Notes under the pieces: model-generated
Database searches by the model: none
Told to the model about the DNA's origin: nothing
The model's input: the letters and a program-made list of their open reading frames with translations, nothing else
In this document: one piece after another, positions 26,301 to 36,090 of the stretch
How the letters are laid out: the number at the start of each line of letters is the position of its first letter
Numbering within the stretch: position 1 is the stretch's first letter
Assembly (NCBI GenBank): GCA_964234715.1
Contig: OZ174279.1
Length of the DNA stretch: 64,000 bases
Reading direction: 5' to 3' (one strand)
DNA from: Podarcis melisellensis
Lineage: Eukaryota
Translations under genes and position numbers: made by a program

Positions 26301-29300
26301 TCTGGGATAGTTAAAAGTCCAGTTCTGGGGCATATCTTCCACCATCTGGAGAACCCCAGAGAAGTGTCCTGGGAGACTGGATTGTTATGTACTCTGCACC
26401 TACTCGCCTTGTTTTTCTTTTGCTCTTACAGTACACCGATAATATTGATGCAGCCTTAAAAAAAATAAATATCAGTTTGGGCTCCACTGACCTCCTGAAG
26501 GATGAGCAGAAGCGTCGCCTGCAGGAACTGGGCTCAAAGGATGGGCTGAACCTGAATTTTTCCAGTGCTCTGAAACAAGTGAGATGAGAGGGTGGAACAG
26601 CTTCTCACAAGATGATTTCTTTTATTGATCTTTAAGGGGTTTGACATTGTCTGGTATCTTGTGAGATATGTCACATCTGAAAAAGAGTCTTTTTTAAAAA
26701 AATAAAAAAGTTAGGCCATTCAAAGTAGCTTAGATTACCTAACAGGACTAGTGACTTGCCTAGAAAATGATATCATTGCCAGTAATAGTAGTGTAGGCTC
26801 CATCCCCACAGAAAAATGAATGCCCTTCATGCTTGCTGGGGTATGAATTGCTGCAGGAAGGAATCCATCAGCTGGGATATTCTGATTAACTGACAATGGA
26901 AGGGTCGTTGGGTTGATGATGTCAGCATAGGTTACTGGCAGCTGCTCAGTCTGTTCAGGAGAAAGGATAGTGTCCGGAAAGGAGTTCCTTTTGGGTGCAG
27001 CCCAAAAGGAAAGCCGTCCCCCAACAAAACTTGTGCAGGTTACTGAGTTTAAGAAAATCTCAAAGACATCTGTATAATGAAATCATGCCATTCCACATAA
27101 ATAAAAGCAGCAGTTAACACGTAAACAGGACAGGATTTGCCTGGTGCCTAAAAGCAAGGACGAAGATGCCAGGCAGATCACCCTTGGGAGGGAGAGCCAT
27201 AATTAGAGCACAGTCACTAAAAAGGTACGCTCTTTGGATGGCACCCACATGTCCTTTTGTAGGTGAGGGCACCCAGAAAAGAGCCTCTGATTGTTGTCTC
27301 ACAGATCATTGGAGGTGGAGGGATGAGGTGAGCTTTCTCTTCCCAGAGGTGTGATGTGAAATAATAATAGCTTACGTATCAATGGGTTCAAAATGAAATA
27401 AAACAAGTTGGAAAGCAGATTCTAGGAAGTGTGCGAACTTAATCTGCCTGGGCCCTGACCTTACTCCCTCCAATGTCTCTTGCTATCCTCGAGGAGCTGA
27501 CCCACAGTGTGCTCTCTGTCCCTTTCTTTGCAGATCAACGAGACTGTGACAAAACAAGACCTGTCTTCATTGGCAGCGAATCTAGATAAATTGGCAGAAA
27601 ACACAGTGAGTGGTGCTTTGATTGGGAAATCCCCATTCTTCTGCAGTGCTTCTCTCCCCCAGCTCCCTTTCTAGGGGGAGGGGCCCTGTAGGTGTCTTTT
27701 TGGGATCACTTCAACCCAGAGCTGGTCCAATACATTTTGGCACCTGAGGCGGACCACAAAATGGCACCCTCCCCGCCAGAGAAGTAGGGGCGAATGAAGA
27801 TCTACATTGGGAACAAGGGGGAGAATTGAATTAATCTTATCCAACAGCTGAAGTGGAAATGAAATGCTGTCATGGCGGGGGGAAAGGGGCCTGTTCTGAA
27901 TCATGCCCCCACCATTTCCTCTCTAAGGGTGATAGGAGACCAGCAGCATCTCCTAATTGCCAAGAGGTCACTGTAGAGGTGGCATGGGGGGCAGGGAACT
28001 GTTGAGGAGAGGCAGATCCAGCCCCCAAGCAGTGTGCCACAGCCGTCAGTGCCACTGCAGCAGCAGCCATGGGCTGAATCAGCTGTCCCTGTGGATCCTG
28101 CTGCCTGAGGTAGTCACCTCATCTTGACTAATAGGTAGGCTGGCCCTGATTTAACCCCAGATCCTCCCTGAAGATGGGAAATAATTGCATCCCACATTGT
28201 CTCCTGGAAATGTGCCCACTTGTATGTGTGAAAGCAGCAGAAAACCTATCAATATCTCTTCACAATGGTGGTGCTTATGAACGTATTTTCAGGCAATTAA
28301 TGAGAAAGCTCGGAGCGATTTTCAACTGGAGGCCAGAAGGCTGAGGAAGCTCCAGGAATGGGTCAATGACATGTTTCCTCCTCAGATGGTGAGTGCTGCT
28401 CTCCCCAAACACCTTTACCTCCTTTTGGCCCAGACCAGGTGCCGTCTTGAACAAGGCCTCTCTGGACGGTTTTGATTCTTGGCCCTACCAGGCCATAAGA
28501 TGGTTGATATCTGTCCCACCTTCTGTCAACTCATTCCATCCAGCTCAGTGGGTGGTGCCCTCTGATGAGCTTTCTCTGTCCTCAGCACATCCTGAGAAGC
28601 AGCATTCAAAAACTGCAGAAGTCTGTTCCTCAGATTCCGGTAAGCAGGACAAGGTTCGAGGAAGGAGTGATCTGGGAGGTGGGGCTTTGATGCCAGGCTT
28701 TCTGAAGGACACCCCATTAGATATTGGATGGGTGGGGAAGTACAATCTCTGCTGATTGTCTGCTGACAATCTCGCCAGGCCTCCTTGCATAACAATGTGA
28801 GAACTCAAGGTAACAGGTGCCAATTGGGAGATACAGAGATTTCCCTTGGCATTGACTCTGTAGGGGTGGAGTTTCAGAACCTGGAAGACTGTGGGAGATT
28901 GACAGAGTTGGTAGGCATCCCAAAGATGGACAGAGGATGTGTTAATGGGGCACTGGCAGAACTATACTTGTGTGCGTTCGGGGTCTGTATGGTGCTGGGT
29001 ATGAAATGCTAAGCTGCAGTCCTTCATATGTTGGACTCGCAGTTCCCATCAGTCCCAACCAGCATGGACAATGGTCAGGATTGATGAGAGTGGTAGTCCA
29101 GCAGCATCTGAAGAGCTGCAGTTGTGCAACTCCTGCTAAAGCATACCAATAAACCTGTCTCAGCCTTATGATAATATACCAGCGCTGCTCCCTTATGCCC
29201 ATTGGATTATGTGATGTTCTGCTCAGTGGTCTGTTCAGATCTGTATGGAAAGTGGTGGTGAGGGCAGCCTATGAGACTGTCTCTGCCAGGGAGTGAACCT

Positions 29301-32300
29301 GACAGTACTGTGTCCTGCCAGGGTACAGCGAACGCCACGTTGTCAAAAATAGAAGATGCTCAGATATTTATGAAGTGGCAGGCGCAGGACGTTGTCAAAA
29401 ACGTGAGTCTTCTTCTCATCATTCAACCTATTTCCTGGTGGGGGTACACAGAGGGCATCATTAAGACTGGATTTGTGCATCGCCACATAATGTAACATGG
29501 AGGCTCATTCCCAGAAGTCCTATAGGCCTCTAACTATGATATTAGACATGCTAGTGAACAACTCTGGGAAATGGGAATACAGGAAATGCAGTGGAGAGGA
29601 GGACAAGCGAAAGCTAGTGCTCCCAAGATAGGGACATGTGACACCCCAGCTGATTTTACCTTTTCCTGTACCCCATACGACAGCCCAATTTCCCTTCCTA
29701 TTCTTGGAACCATTAATTGGAGCCCCATAACTGAACCCCTTTCCTTGCTTGGAAGCTGTTGTCCTATCCTCTAACTTGCACCCACCCATCTTACCTTCTT
29801 ACATCTAGGAGACTTCAGCTTTCGTGAAAACTCTGCTGGGTTTATTTGAATCATATATAGACTGGGCAAAGAGTACCGTAAGTAATGCCAACTGCTGTTG
29901 ATGGAGATTGGGCTTAATCCTGAGTGATGACAAGGTGGGAGCCTGGTTGTCCTTGCTTGTATACTTATGTTATACTCGCATCCAGGCTGGATGCTTGCCT
30001 GTGGCTATGCATGAATTTACTGGACCTTTTAGCCATAGTTTATTTATTATTTACTGGTTTAAAAGATTTATAAACTGCTTAATCAAAGCACTCTCTAGAG
30101 ACGGTGCACATAACAAAGTTATAGTTAAAATGTAGATGAAATCTGCAAAGCAATAAAAAACAAGTATATATAAAACATACCACATTTTTCCATCTATAAG
30201 ATGCCCCCATGCATAAGATGCCCCCTATTTTTGAGGACTCAGATTTAAGAAAATGGGGGGGGGTATAAGACGACCCCTAATTTTTGACATTAATTTTAAG
30301 GAAAAAACCCGAGTCTTATACATGGAAAAATATGGTAATTAAAACATTGATTAAATCAGTAAAACTTTAAGAACAAATATGAGTAACTAAATTATATGTC
30401 TGGGTAAGTTTGCAATAGACGTCAAAAATGATATGGGGCAGGGAACCTTTTCTGCCTGGTGGGCCAGAATTTTATTTCCAAATCTTTGACAGGTTACTTT
30501 TGGCAGGTGGATGGAGTTTTGACACCAGCTGATACTGCAGTTTGAAACCTCAGTTGTCCCCATGCCCTGCTGTCTGAACTTCTGAAAACTGTCAGGAGCA
30601 CTTTTGCAAAGGGCCTTCAAATAGCCACACACTCCTTTTTTAATGTCCAGTTTTTGCAGGTTCAAACAGCAACACCTGGTCCTCCATTTTGGGAAGATGT
30701 CCATGGGAATCATGAAACAGGAAGGAGGAATCCTGCTGAACTTATGGCAGCAGATGAGTGAGGGTTAATTTCTCCTGGCTTGGCTGCACTCGCCTGTTTC
30801 CCTCAAGTGTGAGCAGCCAATGTAACACTGAATCCCATCATCCTGCCCATCAGCAGCCAGTGCAAATATCTGAGGGCAACTCCAATATGCTGACAGAACC
30901 TCACTCCTGGCAGCAGTCCTGCTGCAGCATTCTGTACTTAACAGCAGTTTCCCGATCAGCCACTTGCATTCACATGCCAGTCTTACAGCCTCATGCACAG
31001 GTGGCCCTGGAGGCATATGTAAGCAAAATCAAGTTGATCTCCCGGAAAGTGTACTGCCATTGCCCATCTTACTTCTAGGGTGCAAGCACAGCATGAAGTT
31101 ATAAGGTTGGCAATGCCAGGACAATTCCTACCATGTGCTTAGCTGGACTGGCAGCATTTATGATGACAACACAATGAAGGTGTTTGGCCAGGAAAGGAGT
31201 GCAGGGCTCAGGATTTTTCCTTTGCTGGTCATGATGTTTCCTTGTCTTCTTTGCTGGCAGATCAAAGAGCAGGTGGGCCGCTGTGGCCCTGCAGCCTGGG
31301 CACTGGACAGTGTGAATACCGTGGTCTGCAGCTGCGTTGTCAATTCATTGGTGAGGCAGTCAACATGAGGGATGAGCTGGGGTGTGGCAATGAGGCAGCA
31401 TGGATAAGGGACAGCAGGGTGGCAGTCCGTAGGTTGAGAGATGGAGACTGCAGCCCAGGATGTAGGAGTAACTGGTAGGTGGTGGGGCCACAGAAATTGT
31501 AACTACCTTGGGCAGAGGCTGTGCTGTGGCTCTGGGAATCTTGCCTGGGGTGGGGCATGGAAAGAAGCTGGGGAGACATCTGCACGTGGGACAGATCCCT
31601 GTGCTCTTGAACGGGCATAAGGCTGGGGAAAGTGTATAGATGTATGTGAAGGGAGCTCTAGTGAAACGTTGGGGAAATGGATGGAAAAGACCCAGGTAGG
31701 CTGTAGGCGAGGCTTACCTTGCATGAGCTCAAACAGGGTGGGAGTTAAGTGGAGAGAGACAGCGGGAGGACTGACAGCTGCCTTCCCCTCTTCTCCCCCT
31801 AGAACGCCTTCTGGTTCAGTCTAGGCTGGTGCACCGTCTTTCTGCTGCCGAGCATCATCTTGGCTGTGCGGCTTGCCAAGTTTTACCGCAGAATGCACAT
31901 GGATGACGTCTACACGTGAGGATGGGTCATACTTTTGCCTGTCACCCTGCCTATGGCCATGGATCAGATGCTTTACTTCTCCCACCCCCCACTCCCAGTA
32001 CTGTTCACTGATTATAGGCTTGGACACCCCTTAAGCCCTCTACCTTTCAGTTGGTTCCATTGCCTAGAAGTGCAAGTCCAGGTGTAGGGCTGCTCCTGTG
32101 GTATTCTTGTAAACCAACCATCCCTCTTGTGAAAGTGTCTGCTTTTAAGATACTGATGGAAAAGTGGGTTCTCCAGGGGAAGCCTCTAGGGGAAAGTGCT
32201 AACTGCCTTCCCTAGTAAGTGAAAAAGGGAATGTTTTGACTTCCCACTTGCTTATACTCAGAAACAGCTTTCAACCTTTCTGGCAAAACAGGGTCCTGTG

Positions 32301-33609
32301 GAAGCCACACCCATGCTGTGTTATCTGGGTTTGTTGTCGTTGTTGGCATCTATCCGTCTTGGAGAGACAATGGAGTGTGCCTCCGTGGGTGAAGTCAAAC
32401 TGCTGTGATAGGGACATCAAGGTGACCTCTCCAGAGCACAAGCCTGGGCAGTGTTTCGCAATAACAAAAAATCCCCATGACCCTGGGCATGAACTAGACT
32501 AGAGCCATGACAAGGTCAACAAACTATTGACCTATTAAGGCAGCACTTCAGAGGATGCATAATTCTAACCTTACGGCTAAACTTCTCTGCACCCACTTTG
32601 TCTGTGTGATGCCAGAAGTGGACCCAGAGAAGCCTTACTATATGTAAGAAGCCTTACTATATAAAGGAGCTATGCTAGCTAGCGCTTAGGTGCATTGAGC
32701 TTGGTCAATGGACATGGGTTTTTCTGCCATTCAACAGGCACCCAGGATTGGCAGCACTGCTGAAAGGTTGCATTGTCCTGCCATCTGGTTCCAGAATAAG
32801 CAGTTGGGGGTTATAGTACTCTTCTTTTTAATTCCCTTGCCCACATTGGGGTTAAGGGAGCTTAGCATGCATTCTGGAAAGCCTTTGAGGAAGCTGTCAT
32901 ATATCCCATTGACATTCTCTTTCTTTTACTAGGGATGGTGCCATGGAAAACATGGAACTGTAAGTATCTTTTCCTACCTCCTGTCTATGTTTGGTGTGGA
33001 GTTCAAAAGAAAGCTGCCCTAGATGTAGGAAATGACCGTGCAATTTAAGTAACGGGAAGGAGGTCTAGTACTGGAGAAGGGTGCTGAACAAGACCATTTT
33101 GGGAAAGGAGCTCTGCCAATTCAATTATGAAGCTCTCTTGCTTTGGTGTTGGTGGCTGAGACAGAAGACATTTAATGCTCTGCAGGGTATGCTTTTGGTC
33201 TTCTTTGTGCTAAGCTGAGCTTTCTGTTGCATGCTGGCCCCAGCTGCACAGAGGCAGTCCCTGGGGTGCTGCTAAGAGGAAGTGTGGCTGGCATTGTGCA
33301 CAGAACTCACCAAATCCTATCTGGGCATGAACTGAATCTTAGCTGCAGGGAATGCTTTTACAGTGGGTGGGGGCTAGGAAAGTATTCATCCCCACTTCCA
33401 CTACAGACCAATAAGACTGATATAGACCAGAGAGGTTTCTCCAAGTGCCATTAGGTTTTTAAAAAAATCCATATTAGAAACCCCTTTCTGCTTCATGCCC
33501 TGCCCAACCACCTAGCCTCAAGCTTAGAGCGCTCTTTCTACTTTTCTCCCTTTGCAGATCAAGGCCACCACATATGTTCAAAATGCCCCGAGCAGAGCTG
33601 AGGAACTAG
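5173..33609 (+). CDS. PROM3: Prominin-family pentaspan membrane glycoprotein (probably prominin-3 / prominin-1-A-like), 24 coding exons, 805 aa
   Basis: Exons joined by hand with GT-AG sites and consistent phases: 5173-5302, 13373-13434, 14287-14492, 16485-16605, 18490-18553, 19276-19365, 20541-20731, 21138-21212, 21614-21677, 22970-23129, 23710-23862, 24571-24694, 25036-25127, 26133-26217, 26432-26578, 27534-27605, 28293-28388, 28586-28639, 29322-29402, 29809-29877, 31261-31350, 31803-31915, 32933-32959, 33558-33609 (2418 nt, no internal stop). Prominin motifs: [16 protein letters not shown]1 followed by [82 protein letters not shown]. The family call is secure; the paralogue name is inferred from HPS6/ARMH3 linkage. 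Confidence 0.9.
7125..7214. mobile_element. Short hAT MITE, same family as 45916 (inverted)
   Basis: catagctgtcaac...gttgacaggtatg; internal sequence is the reverse complement of the 45916 copy. Confidence 0.8.
10685..10926. mobile_element. Tc1/mariner (Tigger-like) MITE, copy 2
   Basis: TA|cagtggtacctcgggtta...taacccgaggtaccattg|TA. Confidence 0.85.
12316..12419. repeat. Old ~110-bp palindromic element (g..attcaac...gttgaatac)
   Basis: Related copies at ~37350-37435 and 51411-52139 (the last split by a hAT insertion). Confidence 0.6.
13373..13434 (+). CDS. PROM3: Prominin coding exon 2 ([21 protein letters not shown])
   Basis: Polypyrimidine tract + ag acceptor, gtgatt donor; phase 1->0 links both neighbours. 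Confidence 0.85.
14287..14492 (+). CDS. PROM3: Prominin coding exon 3 (TM1, Cys-rich loop, start of TM2)
   Basis: [34 protein letters not shown]; ctag acceptor, gtgagt donor. Confidence 0.95.
14698..15019 (-). mobile_element. Sauria SINE
   Basis: tRNA-like head (rc of cacagcgccacccg, ttcgaacc), ACCTTT tail (aaaggtaaaggg on +), 14-bp TSD tgagggatgaggtt at 14684-14697 and 15020-15033. Confidence 0.9.
16485..16605 (+). CDS. PROM3: Prominin coding exon 4 ([10 protein letters not shown]...FLNSIPK)
   Basis: gcag acceptor, gtatat donor, phase 2->0. Confidence 0.92.
17241..17595. mobile_element. Tc1/mariner (Tigger-like) MITE
   Basis: TA|cagtggtgcctcgcaagacgaa...ttcgtcttgcggggcaccactg|TA; internal (t)tagcgg repeats. 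Confidence 0.85.
18490..18553 (+). CDS. PROM3: Prominin coding exon 5 ([21 protein letters not shown])
   Basis: cacag acceptor, gtcagt donor. Confidence 0.88.
19276..19365 (+). CDS. PROM3: Prominin coding exon 6 ([15 protein letters not shown]...)
   Basis: tgcag acceptor, gtactg donor; IG..LG..I motif typical of prominins. Confidence 0.88.
19497..19637. mobile_element. Old palindromic MITE (ccagatgttg..ggact..aactcccatc family)
   Basis: Internal inverted structure; related copies at ~4355-4460, ~29020-29135, ~34538-34675 and ~56128-56263. Confidence 0.65.
19979..20044. repeat. Compound (TG)n-(TA)n-(CA)n microsatellite
   Basis: Direct reading. Confidence 0.95.
20140..20420 (+). mobile_element. 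L2 LINE 3' fragment / L2-tailed SINE
   Basis: agggccttctcggtagtggcg...ctgtgcaatgccatcc pattern; further L2-like fragments at ~7230-7320, ~19770-19980 and ~27115-27300. Confidence 0.55.
20541..20731 (+). CDS. PROM3: Prominin coding exon 7 (ISLVEKEL...CGAPC...ANLSA)
   Basis: ttgcag acceptor, gtaaaa donor; helical EC2 segment with Cys pair. Confidence 0.9.
21138..21212 (+). CDS. PROM3: Prominin coding exon 8 (VPDVSRPL...TIAK)
   Basis: cacag acceptor, gtaaca donor. Confidence 0.88.
21614..21677 (+). CDS. PROM3: Prominin coding exon 9 ([21 protein letters not shown])
   Basis: gcag acceptor, gtaagt donor; DIP..V..QT motif. Confidence 0.9.
22075..22245 (-). mobile_element. Degraded tRNA-derived SINE
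   Basis: ccagcccagcactgtcgactctga...cactgagctac resembles rc of the 56319 family. Confidence 0.55.
22374..22681. mobile_element. GC-rich hAT-type MITE
   Basis: TIRs cagggctgtctta / taagacagccttg; degraded 8-bp TSD ggctcatt/ggcttagt. Confidence 0.75.
22970..23129 (+). CDS. PROM3: Prominin coding exon 10 (...TYDSYR)
   Basis: ttgcag acceptor, gtatga donor; YDSYR|W motif. Confidence 0.92.
23408..23546 (+). repeat. 139-bp dispersed direct duplication, copy A
   Basis: 5 mismatches vs 35662-35800. Confidence 0.95.
23710..23862 (+). CDS. PROM3: Prominin coding exon 11 (TM3, [12 protein letters not shown])
   Basis: tttag acceptor, gtaaga donor. Confidence 0.95.
23925..24113 (-). mobile_element. 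tRNA-derived SINE (same family as 56319)
   Basis: Reverse-complement similarity: accttctgcatgcaa, ctgactggcagtggct, catctagcacagc. Confidence 0.7.
24571..24694 (+). CDS. PROM3: Prominin coding exon 12 (TM4)
   Basis: [24 protein letters not shown]...VCRPW; gacag / gtaagt. Confidence 0.95.
25036..25127 (+). CDS. PROM3: Prominin coding exon 13 (FLDTPGL...)
   Basis: tctag / gtgagt. Confidence 0.92.
25591..25783. mobile_element. Tc1/mariner MITE, right end degraded
   Basis: TA|cagtcgtaccttgg left TIR; partial ccaaggt right TIR. Confidence 0.6.
26133..26217 (+). CDS. PROM3: Prominin coding exon 14 ([14 protein letters not shown]...)
   Basis: ttgcag / gtcagt. Confidence 0.92.
26432..26578 (+). 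CDS. PROM3: Prominin coding exon 15 (YTDNIDAAL...SALKQ)
   Basis: ttacag / gtgaga. Confidence 0.9.
27534..27605 (+). CDS. PROM3: Prominin coding exon 16 ([24 protein letters not shown])
   Basis: ttgcag / gtgagt. Confidence 0.9.
27717..28148. mobile_element. Old hAT-type MITE
   Basis: Ends cagagctggtcc / ggctggccctg; degraded TSD cttcaacc/atttaacc. Confidence 0.55.
28293..28388 (+). CDS. PROM3: Prominin coding exon 17 ([21 protein letters not shown]...)
   Basis: tttcag / gtgagt. Confidence 0.88.
28586..28639 (+). CDS. PROM3: Prominin coding exon 18 ([18 protein letters not shown])
   Basis: ctcag / gtaagc. Confidence 0.88.
29322..29402 (+). CDS. PROM3: Prominin coding exon 19 ([14 protein letters not shown]...VVKN)
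   Basis: gccag / gtgagt. Confidence 0.88.
29809..29877 (+). CDS. PROM3: Prominin coding exon 20 ([23 protein letters not shown])
   Basis: tctag / gtaagt. Confidence 0.92.
30180..30335. mobile_element. Tc1/mariner-superfamily MITE
   Basis: TA|ccacatttttccatctataaga...tcttatacatggaaaaatatgg|TA. Confidence 0.7.
31261..31350 (+). CDS. PROM3: Prominin coding exon 21 ([10 protein letters not shown]...CSCVVNSL)
   Basis: ggcag / gtgagg. Confidence 0.92.
31803..31915 (+). CDS. PROM3: Prominin coding exon 22 (TM5, KFYRRM)
   Basis: cctag / gtgagg; NAFWFSLG...AKFYRRM. Confidence 0.95.
32933..32959 (+). CDS. PROM3: Prominin coding exon 23, 27-nt microexon (DGAMENME)
   Basis: Strong polypyrimidine tract + tag, gtaagt donor, phase 2->2. 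Confidence 0.75.
33558..33609 (+). CDS. PROM3: Prominin last coding exon ([16 protein letters not shown])
   Basis: Long pyrimidine tract + gcag; in phase with previous exons; TAG stop. Confidence 0.8.
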
Positions 33610-33842
33610 CAGTTACCTTGCCAATTACCTTGCCACCTATCGTTCTTGAGCATCACTGAGGATGACACATGAATGTCTGCAGAACTGCTTTGCTTCTCTT
33701 CCCAATGCGGAACATAAGGATCACCACTCAGAAGCAAATTCTCCCTGGCCAAGTTGGCTTATCCTGCGAATGACACCATTAGGGGTAACTGCAAGACATG
33801 TTACACAAAAGCAGGCCTAGCTGTGTTCCCAATACATAGCCC

Positions 33843-33845
<3 letters not shown>

Positions 33846-33881
<36 letters not shown>
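33846..33881. repeat. (GT)n microsatellite in the prominin 3' UTR
   Basis: Direct reading. Confidence 0.95.
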
Positions 33882-33883
<2 letters not shown>

Positions 33884-35661
33884 CTACCCTAAAGACTAGG
33901 CTTGCAGTCTCTGCACTATGACATTTCTGCAAAGCCACCATCCTCCCATTGGGACTGTAGCTCCTTATGCCATACGGTGGCATGTATAAGTATTCTGGAG
34001 AGCATGCCTCTTCTTCAGTGCCTTACACAGTTATATGCCATTGAATGATCCTGCTGGCTTGGGTTGATGGCTGACTGTGCTTGCTTTCTGTCCATAATAA
34101 TGACGGTGGCTCCAGCGAATGCAATTAATCCACCCAGAAGCAGCAAAACTCTCCCTGTCCCCATCTCTACTAGGGGTTGAGGAATGCCGTCTGATGCAGC
34201 TGAATCCAGGATTTTGTGTGACAAAGCTAAAATGACTGGCTGGGGAATTTTGGCAATTCAATTATGGGCATTACAAGAAGCATCATGCTGAGCAACATGA
34301 CAATCCTCCAGCAAGGAAGTGGGAGCTGACTTCAGTTTTATTGGGACTACTTTATTTTTTTAACCCTCTGTGGTTTTCTACTGTGTGTTTAAATTTACAA
34401 AGCAAAATCGTGTGCTCTAAATCTCTTAATAATGAAGGTATAACTGAATTTTGTAAAATGCATTGACAATGCACCCTTATTTAAAAATGCTAAATAGTGC
34501 CTTACTGTCTCAGGGCAATTTCTATCTATCCTTTGCAACAGGGATGAGGATCTTGTGGCTTTCCAGATGTTGTCTGACTCCAGCTCCCATTAGCCCTAGT
34601 GATCATGGCAAATGATAAGGACTTATGGACGCTGTAGTCCAGCAACATCTGGAGGGCCTTACATTCTCCATTCCTGCTTAACAAGAATCCCAGCAACCAG
34701 CAAGTGCTAGGTGGTCCCACCATCTCCCCATCCCTACTCTAGACTGGAAAGAAAGGAGCAAGTACTGTATAGCAAAAGGAGCCTTAGCTAAAAAACAGCA
34801 ACCAAACAACCCATACTGTATGGTTCTGCTAATCCACATGTGCCGAAAGCACATGTTGCCTTAGGCCACTCATCAGCAACCTGTCATCCAGATGTTTCAG
34901 AGAGTGATTTCCCAAGGCAGTACCATTGCTGAGGCCGATGGGAAATGGCATTCCTAAACATCCGAAAACCACCAAGTTGGCAAAGGCTAAGTCGGTGGCT
35001 AGAACACTTTTTCACATTTCATGTCGTCCCTTGCTATCTCAGGACATGCATTAGTATGTTGCCCTATCATATGAACTTATTCTACCCCCTCCTTGATTTG
35101 CAGTCTTTGGCATTTTATATTTTCCCAAAACAATGAATTTATACAAATGCATCGTGCCAAGAAAAAGTAGGTCTCACTGCGGACCGAAAACTCTAGTAGA
35201 ACTGGGAATGGCCTCAGCCTAACTTTCATGCCTTCAATCTAAACTGAGGGTGGAATTCAGTATAGCACTAAGGCAAACTTCCATTCGTGGAAGGATTTTT
35301 CCTTGTGCAACAGAGTGTTCTCCCAACTAGATCTGTTTTCGGGGTTCCCACAATCCTTGGGAGAAAATTTGGGGGTGGTGCAGGGCATGCACAGGATAGG
35401 GAGGAGGTCCTGTTTGTGCAAGCGGAGACCGTTCTGCTTGTGAAATAATTTAGTTGAGCATTACCCGTGTGGTAGTAAAGCTTGTCTCTCTTTAATGTGT
35501 TACAAGCTTTCAATAAGAAATCCAAGAAGTAATCAGAAACAGCATGTGCCAGATTCCAAGATACATTGTACTACCTCCTTTAACAACCACCAATGGGTTG
35601 TACATTCCACTAGAAATGCTGGTCTAAATGTACGTAGAATGTTTATTGCCAAGGTTAGGAG

Positions 35662-35800
35662 TCTAATCTGCAGTAGTATGAAAATTAAAATCCTTGCCTT
35701 CCAATTTGGTTAATTGGCCCAGATAGCACTTGTCTTTCTTCAGTGCTATACCATTATTCATAACCTAGGCTTGGATGGGATCTCATGTTTTCTAATTTGC
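35662..35800 (+). repeat. 139-bp dispersed direct duplication, copy B
   Basis: 5 mismatches vs 23408-23546. Confidence 0.95.
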
Positions 35801-35907
35801 AGAAAATTTCTAATTTTCTGTATGTTTTTAAAATTTGGTCTCCGTTATTGTAGTGATGTATTTTCCCAGGTGGAAAGAAGCCTCCCATGCACCCCATTCC
35901 TGTTTCT

Positions 35908-35913
35908 AATAAA
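35908..35913 (+). terminator. Candidate poly(A) signal of the prominin gene
   Basis: First canonical AATAAA I could find after the stop; U/GU-rich sequence downstream. Confidence 0.45.
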
Positions 35914-36084
35914 TTTCAATTTGGTTTCCTACTGTGGGCAGATAAGCATTATTTACACACTTGGCTTCTGATCCAGCGGCGCGTTGATCTTGCTGCATTC
36001 GGCTGCTGTCTGAGAACTTAATCAGGGTTCTGAGGCTGGACAAATTCCCTAGTTAATGAGAAGAGTTCTTCCTGATGATGCATT

Positions 36085-36090
36085 TTTATT
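36085..36090 (-). terminator. Candidate poly(A) signal of HPS6
   Basis: First canonical AATAAA on the - strand I could find after the HPS6 stop (ATTAAA variants occur earlier, ~38370-38620). Confidence 0.4.

Noticed and set aside
35200-36070. miR-146-like fragments (rc actgaattcca near 35255; tgagaact at 36011)
   Set aside because: Only 8-11 nt matches and no convincing pre-miRNA hairpin
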